A stretch of DNA of 64,000 nucleotides from Tubiluchus corallicola (Eukaryota; Animalia; Priapulida). The DNA lies in the NCBI GenBank assembly GCA_030141605.1, contig JAQGDQ010000049.1, positions 372,001 to 436,000 on the forward strand, given 5' to 3'. A model generated the notes under the pieces. The model did no database searches and was not told the origin of the DNA. It worked only from the letters and a program-made list of their open reading frames with translations. Below are positions 36,703 through 50,202 of the stretch, piece after piece. The stretch's first letter is position 1. The number at the start of each line of letters is the position of its first letter. The translations under genes were made by a program, and so were the position numbers.

Positions 36703-38334
36703 CTAATAGAACATTTATACTTAATTATGTACGGCTTCAGGACTTTGTTTAATAACTATTACTTGTGTGCAGTCCTCCAGTTAAACATATCCTGAAAAAG
36801 TTGGTGATGATTTGAGTTGGCTTTGGTATGTATGCACCTTCGTTTGGTTGCATGCCAGTCATTCAAAGTAATCCTGAAACACTTCTTCATCTAATATAAT
36901 ATATGTATACATGTTATAAAATTGTAAACTGATTGCACAAAGCAACTGTTACAAACACATATAATTACACACACTGGAGGCTAAACTGACAAGTATACTG
37001 TTTCACTCATTAGCATTCTTTTATATGGAATTCACTAAAGCTTCTGTGTTATCTAGTTGCCAGAAGCTAGTGGTATTATAAAACATGAATGCATGAGAGC
37101 ATATAGCACACATTACAATTTTAACACAAATACACTAAACATCATGGACAATTTTGTCAGTTTATGTCGGTAACCTATAAATATAAGTTGTGACTTGGAT
37201 ACTAGAAAACACATTTTTAGTTTTAGTACACCGTTTCTGTGTGATACAAAATGCAGGTTGTGTAATTGTAATAAGCTAAACAGGCATTCGTGCCATTAAT
37301 AATTGGATACTTATTTACGTGAAAGTCTGCAGATTTGAATGAATTATTGACCTGCGTGAAGGGTTATAAATTCTAATTAATTCTTCCTTCCACATGTTTG
37401 ATATAAGTAATTACTGAAAAACTTTTCCATTTTCAGGCACGTGGGTATGAACTATTAGTGCTCATTAGAAACTTTCATAAGTCAGCTTGCTCAATAATCA
37501 TCCAGTTTATCCATGAGCTTTTTGCCTGCACATGAGTGGTTGAAGATGGTACACTGTAATTCAACAGGTGACTGGTCCAGTTGGTAGGATAAGCATTGAT
37601 CATATTTGTGTTTGGCAAGTCTGAAGGTATGTCTTGAATGGTTTCAGTTTGATTTACTACTGTAATTCTGAAAGTACTCATAGTTAAAATGTGCTACTTG
37701 ACGTGCATTGTTGCAGTCTATCTAGAAGACAAGAACATATTGACCTTTAAGCATATTGATGTTGCAGTAAAATTCTGCAGTAGTATTTTGTGGAGAGCAG
37801 GTGTGCACATAGAAAATTTAACTTTCAGGTTCATTTTTCTTTAGTGAAACATCCATTGACTAATTATGTATAGGAAATAAGCAGTATCATGTTACATAAT
37901 ATATGATGATACTGTCAATCAAATGTAGTCTGATTTTAGATACAGTAGTGGATCAAAGTTGTTTTGAGTTAAGACTTGATTTGATGTGAATATCAGTAAG
38001 TTAAGTCTTTAACGTTAGCATGCGTAGTGACATGATAAATGCTGTTGCAAATCCCTGTGCTTGACTAAGTATGTGTCGAATCTATATTTCTCTTACTGAG
38101 CTAAGTGTGTTTGTGCTTGGTGACCACGTGATTATCAAGTTTTTCTACTCGGTGATCTGTAAATAGCGCTTCAGATTCTACAAGAGATTTAATTTTATTG
38201 TCACTTGTCTGTTAGCTGCGCATTTAAAAAGTTCTGATTGTACCCGATATGATATTGCTTGGTCACAGACTTCCGGTGTCTGATCATCTCTTTGATGTAA
38301 ATTTATTTGCACACTGTAATAAAATATTACTTTA

Positions 38335-39530
38335 CTGTACTTTTTAATTGTTTTATTAATGATATCTTCCATTTTGTCAGTAAATCCACCTTGTACAACT
38401 ACGCTGATGATAATACTGTTTCTTACTCCAGTAAATCATTTAATGATATGAAACAAATCTTAGAGGTTGAAAGTAACGCACTGGTCAACTGGTTTGCTTC
38501 CAACCAGATGGAAGCAAATCCGGGGAAGTTTCAGGGGATTGATGTGGGCAAAATTACGCACGACCTGAAACCTACTTTCAACATCAAAGGAGCGGATATT
38601 GAATGTACGGATGAGGTGAAACTTCTTGGTGTAAATATAGACTATCGCCTGAACTTTGACTCGCACATTTCAGCCCTGTGCAAAAAAGCAGCTAATCAGA
38701 TTAATGTTCTACGCCGTATTGGGCGAAACTTGTCGGTAGAATGTCGAAAACTCATCTACCTTTCGTTTGTCAAGTCGAATTTTAATTTCTGCCCTGTAAT
38801 CTGGCATTTCTGTAGTAAATAAAATAGCCAGAAGTTAGAGCGTTTGAATTTCAGAGCGCTCCGTCTAGTTTATAATGATTTCGAAAGTACCTACGAAAAT
38901 CTATTGTTTAAAGACAATTTTGTGTCTCTTCAACTTCAGAGACAACGTCTCATTGCTATCGAAGTATTCAAGATTTTGTCCAAAAACTGCCCGTCCTGTC
39001 TCTATGGACTGATAGAGGAACGAAAGCAAAACCGCTACTTCCTCAGAAAAATGAACGCTGCAGAACACCCTACATATGATGGTGTTACATATGGCAAGAA
39101 AAGTTTCTCCTATTATGGAGCCACAATGGCCGAAAATCTTGGGGAATTTAAACGTCTAATTAACTCATGGACTGGTGTATCATGTAAATGTGCCATAATT
39201 CAGCGAACTTCCCAATTTTGTTAAGTCGTAATTAAATGCTGAATGTGTTGGCAGGAAAAATTTTTATTGACCTAGATAGCGTTTCGTGTAAATTTTAGAA
39301 AATGTTACTGCCTAAAATTTTACTGTCTCAATTTTTTACTGTCTTCATGTAGTTATAAATTTTTTCTTGTACCAATACCTCTGGTGGCATCCAAAAGATT
39401 TTAAGAAGTACGTATTATTACCATGTTATATACATTATGTTTGATATCGGTTTACGAGCTTGTACATTACGTTGTACTGTTTTATATCATACCGATGAAA
39501 ATAAATAAATATCTTATCTTATCTGATCTT
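38335..39530 (+). mobile_element. 5'-truncated CR1/L2-group (Crack/Daphne-like) LINE
   Basis: LFNCFINDIF..YNYADDNT..WFASNQMEANPGKFQ..KLLGVNID..FNFCPVIWHFCS. A single in-frame stop at 38820 separates two same-frame ORFs. Ends in AATAAA plus an (ATCTT)n tail. Confidence 0.85.
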
Positions 39531-39639
39531 ATTACAAAAATACAATGTGTTGGAACACCAGCGCATAAAATTTGACTGCCAGTAATTAATGCCTGGCATG
39601 TCTTCCTCTCTTTACATTCGGGTTAAACTCACCGTAGAT

Positions 39640-39990
39640 GTTGATTGATGCCTAATTATACATATTTATAATTTCGTAGATCATTTGCGTTACTTAGACG
39701 TGGCCCTGCCCCACTTAGAATTGAAACAGGGCATTTGAAAGGATCCCGGTTAGTGAAAGTTTGTGTGAGTTATGTACCTGTGGTGTTATCGAGGATGAGA
39801 TGCATCTGTTAAAAGATTGTAATGTCTTTGACAGTGAACGTGCTACTTTGATAGATTTTATAGTGCAATACGAAGCCAACTTTAATACCGGAATGATCTA
39901 GATAAGTTTGTTTTTAAGGAAATTCTGAGATATGTAAAATTACTGCGAAATTTGCTTCGAAATGGTGGAAAAACGGAAATAACTATCGTA
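39640..39990 (+). mobile_element. RTE-X-like LINE 3' fragment
   Basis: FALLRRGPAPLRIETG...LCELCTCGVIEDEMHLLKDC C-terminal CCHC-type motif. Confidence 0.65.
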
Positions 39991-40394
39991 TAGAATATAG
40001 ATAAAGTGAATGTAAACTAAAAATTATTTCATTAGGTTTATCATTTAAATGTTTTTGTGTCTTTCACGGCATCCAGTTTACTTCCAGGTATTAATACGTC
40101 TGCACGCACATTATGTCACATTTTTCTTTTATTGTTTTATTTTAATTATGTGAAATTTTGGTCTCTTATGGCTCAAAGTTTGGCTCATATTTGATGCAAT
40201 CGTATTATTTGTGTCTGAATGTTTCTATAGACGAGACAAAAATAAATTCCATCTGTCTTTAATATGGCTACGTGCTAACTTTTGGAGCCATACAGCTCGT
40301 TACGTACAATATTCTTAATTTTTGTCATTAAAGTCCATCAGCTAAATCTAATAGAGCTAGTAGTCCTTAAGTTTTTATCTAAATTGAATTAGTG

Positions 40395-40900
40395 AACGCG
40401 CGACAATCACGCGATGTAAAATTGAATTTAGCAATCTCGCGTTTTTGAAAACTGCGCGCGGGTTTCATTATTTATGTCCCGGCAGCAAGTTTGAGGAGGA
40501 GCAGAAAATGTCTTGACGACGCGGCGTCTTTTGATTAAATCGTTTTATGTCAGTTTGCAGAAAATTCGTCGCCGATTGTCTTTGCTTTAAGCTTTCAATT
40601 TTCTAGTTGATAGTGCTTGTCAACATTTACACCAACTGCGCATGCCTACATCAACAAATTTAAAAAGAGATTGTTCATAAATAATGGAGTTTGATGACTT
40701 GGACTGCTCGTTTGTCTGACATCACAACTGGAATTAGTAATATTAGTCGTCCTACTTCATTTTTGTCATTAGTGTCATTAATGAGCTGCAGGAAAGGCAG
40801 TTGCTGTTGTTTTTCAAAGATGGCAAACTATTTTGTTGAAGTTTTAACACTAGATTGGACATTTACCGCATTTAGTAGATTGGTCTACTGTACCTGAGGA
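40395..40900 (+). promoter_or_regulatory. CpG-rich putative promoter/first exon, possibly of dystrobrevin
   Basis: Cluster of CGCG motifs in CpG-poor DNA, NRF1-like TGCGCATGC near 40637, YY1-like AAGATGGC near 40817, and donor-like GAG|GTATCA near 40901. Confidence 0.35.
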
Positions 40901-42392
40901 GGTATCACAAACTAATAAAATAAAAACTACTACTAATTTTAATAATAACTAGTACTGCTAATAATTAGTGAATTCATAAATTTTTAACGCTAATTAGCAC
41001 AAAATAATCTCTTGTAAACCTTACAAAATAAAATTTAATAATGAAAGTCACGAAAGTAACGTTTACATTAACTATACTTTGTACTGTCTTTGTTAGCGCT
41101 AAATTCATAAACTTCATTTTAATTGAATCCAGTCTGCAAACTGTCCTTCTTATTCATTAAACTGAGGAAACCTACCTTGCTTATATTATGAATGATGAAA
41201 ATGGTTCCCAGAAAAGTGGAAGTTAAGAATTCTCATCGGCTGTAGGTAGTTTATCACACAAGACAAAAATATTTTAGTGCCCCTCCATGAAAGCTTCCTC
41301 CATGGTCCCCACCCTTACAATCGAATTTTTTTGTATATGTAATACAACGGTGTTACGCTTATGCATGCATTATAGTGTATTAATTAAATATCAATTACAG
41401 CTTGGTGTCGATTGAATTTGAAATTAAATTTATGATCCCATTCAGTGTGAGTGAATCTGGAGAAATCAAAATATCTGGAGCACGTACATCGTACTCTTAT
41501 CTACCGTAATTAGGCAAATGCTATTGCAAATAAACTGCTCTGCTGCTCTATGCAGCAATTTATGAATTAGTAGGGTAACATTGCAGCAGTTTGCCAAAAA
41601 TGACGTAATCATAGGAAGCCAGGTATAGAAAAGTAGAACGCGTTTTGTTGCAGAAAGACATTAGTGTCGTTGTCTCATACATTTTGGCTTGAAAATACTG
41701 CAGAAACTTTCATTTAATTAGTGTTGTGCAACCAGTTATACATTTTACTATATTCTTATTTGCGCCAAACTTTAAAATTAAGATAATTCAGCGCCATAGG
41801 CAAGTGCCTAGTTTGCCTAGTGGTTGAGCCGGCCCTTTTCTCACGTGGAAGAGCAAAATCATTTCTCAGTTTTGGTTAAAATGGTAAAATTGTGCGTTTC
41901 TTTAGCATTAGGCATATCAGTCATACATAGAAAATGAACATTATTATTGATTCCTGTACGTTGCCTGTGTACATAATGTTCGATCATTTTTTCTTTGGCT
42001 TCCCAGGTCATTATTTTGCCACAGGTGCAGGCGATTGTGAAAGGCATTTTGTTTTCTTATTGATTTCTGGTACAGCAGCTGGTGCACTCAGCATCCTTAT
42101 AGTAGTAGTTCATTGAGCAGTGTGACTCGGAGAAGTATGCATGTGTGATTAAGTCGCTTCTGAGCCGTCTGATTGCTCTGTCCTATTTTAATTGTGTCTA
42201 AGGCTTTGGTGATTGGTGGTATTACTGGAAATGGATAATGATATGTATCGGTAAATTTAATGATGAGGTGAGTTATTTTCATACAATATGTTATTAGATT
42301 AGATTAGCAAAATGTTAGCTCAGCATTTGCAAGATTAATGTGTCTTAGACGTTTTTAGAAAATGTCTAATGCATGATTTTTGGTGCTGTAAT

Positions 42393-42746
42393 CAGGGCTG
42401 GATTATCCTATAGGAAAGTCTAGGCTGCAGCCTGGGCCCTTCAAGCTTGGAGACCTCAAGCTTTTGTAACATTTGGTAAAAAAATTGTTTTTTCACTACT
42501 GTTGTGTTGAAATATGTGCAATTTGATTTCCAATAAATGGTAAAATAGTGGTATTTCTTAACGAATATTTTTATTGACAAGCAAAAGATAGCTGGCTTAC
42601 TTTATTTAACGAATTTGCAATAAATTTACTATATCACGAGTAAAAAAGATTGCAGATGGGTGTGCGCGAGTTAGAGGCTGGTTTCGTCTGAGGGGGCCTG
42701 TAATTTCGTTAGCCTGTGAGCCCCAAAATGTTATAATATGGCCCTG
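42393..42746 (-). mobile_element. hAT-type MITE with perfect 8 bp TSD
   Basis: CAGGGCTGGATTAT...ATAATATGGCCCTG flanked on both sides by GCTGTAAT. Confidence 0.85.
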
Positions 42747-45700
42747 GCTGTAATGATTAAAAAAACCGTTTAGACTTACAATTGTAAGGGAATGTATTTG
42801 CAACAATAACAAAATGTTCACGAATGCAAACCATGAACATAGTAAGATGGGTATGCCATTGCATCTCCTTTCTGATTGCTATTTGCATCAGATCAGGAAG
42901 AACATTAACATACATTTCACATACTGCCTTGGTCTCTTCTTTATAAAGAACTTTCAGCTAAGAGACTTTTGCTACATGTTGCTGTTTCTCTTTTTCTAGT
43001 CATTTTCCTTTTTATTTTGAATCATGCAAAATGATTAAAATATAATAATTGCATTCGTCTGTAACTTGTTTATACATACAAGTTATACATACGTAAAATC
43101 CTAAACGCCAAAAGTGACCTAGAAAAATCTTTCTTAAAGAAAAACAGGATGGTTTTCACATCACACGCCATTTTAAGGGCTGTAAAAAGTATACATTTTA
43201 ACAAATATAATAATACCTTAGCGTTTCTGATAAGTAAATGATAGGTTAAAAACTTAATTAACGGCGGGCCAGGTTTTGGAATTTTAACTATGAACGTGTG
43301 CACAACGTCACAACTGAACTGAGATGTACAGCACCTGTTTTTATGTGAACGCGTTAACGCGTTTCCGAGATGCAGGCGCTCTGCCCATCTAACTAACGAA
43401 TGGCGAAATGCTTATAGTAGCGACGGAATAGCCGCGCAAATGCGAAATTCCATTTCTGTGATTTCTTTCACACAAGTCATTCTTGTAAAAATAGTATGTT
43501 TCATTTGAATATGTTATAGAGTAGGTTATTTTGAGTTATAGTTTAAGATTGGGTCCGGTTTTCCTTTAAAATATGTGCAAGTTTAATACAAGGAGAACTA
43601 ACTAGAGTAAACTGCTCTACCAACAAAGTTTACGAACAGACCAGCAGAACATCGACCCAGATGACCAGAATTTTCTTGAATAATTATTGATATGACACTG
43701 CTGGTCTAACATTTAAAACCTAAACTAAATTCGTTCTCTTAAAAGCTGAGAGTAAGGCAAATCACTGTAATAAATTCTCCCATCTCTAACGTCTGTGTGC
43801 ACGTTGATTAATTATTTTTACTAATACTATGCCATGAGATATTAAATGGAAAAGCCCTGTCTTTTTCTTGTAGGATCACTACGCATATCATGCAAAAATA
43901 GCCAGATTAGGTCAAATGCGAACATGCCTTTACATAGACAGGCAATCAAATTATCGCAGTTTATTCAATGAGTAGTACGGGTCACTCACTGGTCTCAGTT
44001 TGATTGAAGCTGTCCTGAAACCCAGACGTCATATTGATTCTCTGTCCTGTAGCCGCCAAGTTTCTAATCTAATAGAAGCGACCAGGGTCTCGAGTGGCGG
44101 AGTTATACTTCCTCATGAAACATTTATGATACAAATAAATTATCATTACTCTTCAAGGTATTGCTCACATTGTACCCAATGTCATTTGCCGCGAACCAGC
44201 TTGAACGTGTTCGCTAACTGTGTTAGCCGTAGTTGTTGTCGTTGTGACTCATGACTTTCTATTCAGTTCTAAGAAAAAGGAAGATGTCAATGATTGTTTG
44301 TTATAGGACTATAGGTAATTAATCTCAGATTATAGGGTGTGAAACAAGTTTTTGTGGTTGTGTTTAGTTACACATACTAACAATTCTCTGTTGTAGTAAC
44401 GAAGGAGTGATGTATATACCTCATGTGACTAACCTCTAAATTTTACTTTGCAAATCTGAATATACCTGTGTCTCGTGCTTTATCCACAATTTTTATCTTG
44501 CGCATTGCTTCTTAACAGCGTAAATAAAATTTTGCGGGCACAGTACCTGGTGGATAATGTGTTACTTTTTAGCCTGATATCTGTCACAGAGGTAACATCG
44601 CTGTTTTGACTTGTAAACATGATGCCAAGTGCATGTTAATAGTTTTCACATCAAACTTGAAACAATCAATTTACTAATCTCTATTATGTTGGTATCTTTA
44701 GAATTTAGGTGGCTTGATTTTCATTATCAAATTTTCCAAAACTAGTAACATTAAAATCTGAGGTAAATCGTTTTCAATTGTCTGTTGTTTTAAGATCAGA
44801 ATTTAATGTAACTAATCTCTACTAAATCCCGGTTCACTGTTTGCACTAGCTTTATTACACAGTCCCAGGTGCCAGCAAGTCTGGTTAAAAATCAATTATC
44901 TTGTGTGCAGAACTGTTTAAACTTTATACCATCATGTCAGTGTTAACTTGGCGTCTTATGGTAAGACCTGTAGGTACCAAAACGGTGTTGAAGTATAAAC
45001 CACAAAATAGAAACAGATACATGAGCACAAGTGGGCGCATGTTCACCTGTTCAATAATGAATTCCAAAATTATTAAAGAGGTGGTTTTCCAACAGTCATT
45101 ATCTTCATTTCTGTTTTTGCTGTTATTTGAAGGTAACGATTTTTACTGTATTTGAAATGCACTCAGTATGCAATTGACAATGTAGATGAATGTTGAGTCG
45201 TGTAGAACTAACGCAGTTTCTCAAATTCATAGTAAGTAATTCTATTGGACAATTAAATTATCTGTGCGTACTTATGTATAATTATTTATTAAGTCTAATT
45301 ATTTAGCTAGGGATAGTAGTCTACTAGTCAACTTTGTTCCTTGACCCAGCCCGCCCATTCAAAATTATCGTATTATGAGCTAAAACATTGTAGACCCTGT
45401 TGCACTATGAAACTTACCATGATAGTGATGGCACGATAAAAATGTTTGTAGTTCTTATTAGGGTGCAGTATTGGCTCAGTCTAAAATTACGACATTTTAT
45501 TCATTTATTTGTTTAGCAAGTTATTTGTTTATTTATTCATTTAGTTAGTCATTCATTCACTCATTCATTCGTTTGTTTGTTTTGTGAGAAAACGCGGAAA
45601 TTTTACTCATTGCTGTCAAATTTCATGCTTCATTTTACAACATTTTTTACTTCACTGCAGTAACAATCTAGAAGAATATTTTTAGCTCGTTTCAAGAGAA

Positions 45701-46904
45701 AATGATACTTTAGGCGTCTTGCCCTCATTTCGCCCAAATAGCATAACGATTTAGTTAGCATCTGCCAATAAAAGCAAAATACATGTATTCTTTTCTTGGA
45801 AATAATCATTTCTCGATCACTAATCAATCATATTATTACGCTAAGTAAAAAGCTACATATTTTTTATTTATCTATGGAACGAAAGCCATGCAGTCACCAT
45901 TCCGTAAATGAGAAAATATTAGTTAACCAAAAAAATTGCAATCAATCCGCGCATCAATTATTGTTAATAATCGATAATTTTAAAGTTGGCGAAATCTCTT
46001 AAACCTTTATGTATGATAAGCAGCCAACTTTTAGCAATTGTAGTCTGTACGCAATGCCAGAGTCAGTTCTAAATTCTAGCTGCTCATGGGCGATTACTGT
46101 GCGTTTTTTGTTTGCATTTCACAGAGGTGTTTGATATTTTCATGCCTCTAGTCAAGTAAGGGTTATCATGTAACCATTAGGCGGTGATGTTTGATTAAAA
46201 TCATGATGGCCTAGCCTACAGAAAGATGAAAAGTGGTAATCCGAACGCCATAAATTCCACTTACTGCTATTAACGACTTTGTGCTTTTTTTGAACATCGG
46301 AAGAAAAAAGTTTGAAGAACTTCCAACTGCCTCTCTGACTTGATTTATTTTGCAAGTAGTGTACAAGTCAAAATAAATATGAAAACCTTCACCTCGATTA
46401 TATAAATATATATAAAAGGACAAGAAAGTCTTTAATTCTTAAAGAAGTCTTATAAGGGCAAGGCAGGTCTTATGTCTTATTTACGGTACGTCCCGTGGTC
46501 CCACAAATGATGAAAGTGCTAGGGACTATTGCTAAAAAAATCTGTCGCTGAATTTATTGAAATGAGAATACTTTTTAAAAGAAGCGCATTGTCTCAACAT
46601 ATACTCCACCAAAGCTATCAGTTTTATCAATCATGTCAGCCCAAACAGAGAATTTATCAATATTTTCTTGATGGCACTTTCCATTAGCTCTACTCGGCTT
46701 CATTCAAACTGGGACCAGTCAACTATGTGTGAACGAACTTTATACATCAGACTCTTCAGTGCAGCAAGTCGGAATGAACCGTTTATGAACATTGCAATCT
46801 AAATCTATCCACAATTCTCTTGCATTCATTCGTCTCTAACCAGAATTTATTTGATTGGCTTCAGGCTTGAATCATCACATGCCTTTATGTAAGTTTCTCA
46901 GTTG

Positions 46905-47370
46905 ACTCAGCGGTTTATCAATTGCTTATGCCTGGGGAACTTCCATATTTTCATCATGCACAAGCATTTTCTGTAAAGGAGGGTTATTATTAATACTGTT
47001 AACATCTACTGTATATTGCCTATTTAATGGTTTATCTATTAGATAAGGCTGGGAAACTTCCACATTTTCATCATGCTCAAACATTTTCTATAAAGGAGGG
47101 TTATTATTAATAATGTTTTCATCTACTGTATATTGCCTATCTAACAGCTTATGCATTGTTTAAGCCTGGAAAACTTCCTTGTTTTTACCATGCATAAACT
47201 TCTTCTACAAATGAAGTGTTATTATTAATAATGTTTTCATCTGCAGTATATTGGCTAGTTAATGGTTTATGCATTGGTTACGCCTGGGAAACTTCCACAT
47301 TTTCATCATGCACATACATTTTCTAGGAAGGAAGGTTATTATTAACAATGTTAACATCTGCTCTGCATCG
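46905..47370. repeat. Tandem repeat, ~117-118 bp unit, about 4 copies
   Basis: CTGGGAAACTTCCA...CATCATGC...GTTATTATTAATA recurs at about 46931, 47049, 47166 and 47284. Confidence 0.85.
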
Positions 47371-47911
47371 TTCATTTAATAAAGGTTACTGATGGAATGG
47401 CACTGAAGCCTGCTTATGTAATAAAGTTTCTTATTGGTTGAAGCTTAAGATATTAGGCTGTGCTTTAGTGAGTTTTACAGTGCAATAATAATGCCCAGCA
47501 AGTTATTAAGCAAAGGTGGTGTTAGGTTCTAATATCGTACTGTAAAGTAAAAAAAGAAGTTTTGTGTGTAATTACAAAATTATTATATTAAATAGTCATC
47601 ATTGGATAAGACTGGATGTGACGTGATTCGACTTTGGCATTAAATTATGTTAGACGAAAATCATAGAACTATTAGTTAAACAGATTTTTTTCATCTAAAA
47701 ATATTACATGTGTTAGAAGAGAAAGTTTCATCTCAATTATAGTTATCACTTAACAATTTAATTAAGTACTGTTAATACTAATAATTAAATGTTGTTATTT
47801 GTTTCAGTGGTCAGAGTAGATTGACAAGGATGAAGAGGCAACATCAACCACCACAAGGTGGGATGGAGAATGCCATTCGTGGCATTAATAAAGAACTGAG
47901 GCAAAAAGGTG

Positions 47912-48000
47912 TGTTTAATGTAGCTCATATGGTTAGAGCTTGTTGCCCAATCTGCGAGATTTGGGTTCAAATCCTGGTTGATTCACAATTTTTCAGAGCT
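47912..48000 (+). mobile_element. tRNA-derived SINE head
   Basis: A-box TAGCTCATATGGTTAGAGC and B-box GGGTTCAAATCC followed by GATTCACAATTTTTC. Related decayed copies near 6316-6400 and 59960-60020. Confidence 0.5.
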
Positions 48001-49706
48001 TTCCTTCTTCTAAACAGAGTAAATGTTGCCCAAAGACTAAACAGAGGAAAACTTTTTTCTTTTAGAAGGCCAAATATGTTTGAGAATCTTTCTTGTTGGT
48101 CTTTTTCGTTTTTACTTATACCATCACGCCACATTGTGTTTAATTTTTTCTAGAACTATTACATACTGTAATGAAACTCTTGGCACATTTTGCTACATGG
48201 TTTGACAATTTCTACATTTCTGTCAGATGACGAAATCCTGGACACATTTGACTATGTATGTATTGGCTCTGGTCTGGCACTCAAGTTTGTTCACGCATTC
48301 TACCCATTGCCTTCAGCTCATTCTTATTTTATTGACTTCTCAATGTGACCTTATGTCAATTCTGCAAATGTAAGAGTCGTGTCGCCTTACACAATTTGCT
48401 ACACCATAACTGGGCTGGTATTTGTGCATAACAGTGAATTCCTTAATGTACCATTTCCAAATTTTAAATAATAACTTTATATATTTTTAGCGTATTTGAA
48501 TTCTTTATTGATGTGCTGTTACTTTCAAGTGTATCACAATGTGTTTAGTTTGCAAGAGCTCACATTGATCTTGTTAACATGGTTGTTGTTATTAGCCTAA
48601 GATAAACGTGCTGTTACTGTTAATATTTGCAATAAAGATGAAACCAAATTTGGAAGTCGTGATTGGGCAACAAACCATGCCTCTGCAACATGCAACAACC
48701 TTTCAACACTCTTTAACTCTCTGGTACTCTTGCAAATATTACACTGCTAATATCACTGTCTATTTATCAAGAAATACAAGCAAATTTAATTCGATTGTAT
48801 TCAAGTTGGCAAACGACATGATGTGAAAGTGTTAGAAAGTTAGATGTGCTCTGACTTAGTTCATTATGACATTGATGCGATTCAGTGGAAGTTTGCGATA
48901 TTGGTGTTTGTCAAAAGGGACTTTTCTCTTCCTAATATTTTTTACCCTCTTCTTTTGATGACCAGCTTTAGAGCACATTGCAAAAAAATACATTCGTAAA
49001 AACTCAGGCCAAAATGTATGTTTTGCTTGATTTTGGTTTCCCTGGGAGTTCTGTCATGAGTGAAATGATTCTGCCAAAGAAAGTCGAACCCTGAAATTAA
49101 TATTTAACATTTTAATAATAATATTTTACCAATACATGTATGACAGCGTGAACTGTAAGATGCTGTTGTGCTGAAAGTATCAGTACCTTTTATTTTAAGG
49201 TAGTTTCACCTTTGGTTGACGAGTGTGCATACAAAATTTTGACCATTCATGTAAAATCGTTCAGTACAAAGCTCTCTACATGTACTTGCAGTTTTTTACA
49301 TCTGTAATTCTTTTATTGAGTCTATTGGAGAATAGAATAGCATGTCTAAAATTTGCATTGTCTAGGATTATAACCCCACTTACTCTAGGCAGAAAATGCT
49401 CTATGTGTTGCAGACTTTTATTATAAACGTCTGTTTTTATGTTTTATTTTTATTATTATGTAATTATATTTTATTATTATAATTTTATTATTTTTTATCA
49501 TTTATTATATATCCAAGTTTATTGTAAACGGTAACACAATCAGATAGCCAACTACAGATACTGGATTTTCCTTGACTACCTGCCATACATGGTCTCAAAG
49601 GATCTGCATAACCAAGATCTAGATTAATCCACATTAACATTGCAATGTGCACAAAATTTTTACAATGTAAAAAACCTAATGCCCTTATCTCAATGATTAT
49701 ATATTA

Positions 49707-49746
49707 TTTCAGAAGCTTTTGCCCTAGCGGGCATCATCAGCTGAAA
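49707..49746 (-). ncRNA. Degenerate minimal type I hammerhead ribozyme-like motif (G12A)
   Basis: Minus strand TTTCAG-CTGATGA-T-GCCC-GCTA-GGGC-AAAA-GC-TT-CTGAAA: 6 bp stem I, 4 bp stem II and palindromic AGCT stem III. Confidence 0.55.
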
Positions 49747-50202
49747 CTATGGATGAAATGCTAAGACAGTATGCACCAGTATAAAACCAATAACATTAAA
49801 AGCAAAAATAGTAACATCATTGATTTGAAATATAATAGTTTGAAATAATACATACTCATTGAGACTATAAAGGGCATTACATTTTTTTATGTTAAAGATG
49901 ACAAGCCTCAGGAGAGCTCTGTCTCTCTCATATTTTAAAATTAATATAATTTTGTAGTTACCAATCTTAATATAATTGTTAATTTCAGTTTTAGATACTC
50001 TTCACTGCTGAAGATCTGTAGTCAAGTAAATACACGAAATGTTTTAAAACCACAATGTTATCACTTCTATGACATTTTTGCTACCATTCTGTCTGTTGCA
50101 ACATATTTTTTTCTTGTTACAGATCATTTTGTGCCAAATTTGTGTTGTATACTTGAAGTACATTCCGTCTAAATTGTAACTGTTTGGTTGGTGATTGTTT
50201 AG

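Noticed and set aside
36580-36795. Arg/Glu-rich ORF
   Set aside because: Translation of a GA-rich low-complexity tract.
47912-47980. Possible tRNA gene
   Set aside because: A and B boxes are present but acceptor and anticodon stems do not pair; shared tail with other decayed copies indicates a SINE.
47821-48153. 110 aa ORF
   Set aside because: Runs through the SINE head; no protein motif or exon boundaries.
50005-50050. CTGAAGA...GAAA hammerhead-like string
   Set aside because: No stem I pairing and only a weak stem II; likely chance.
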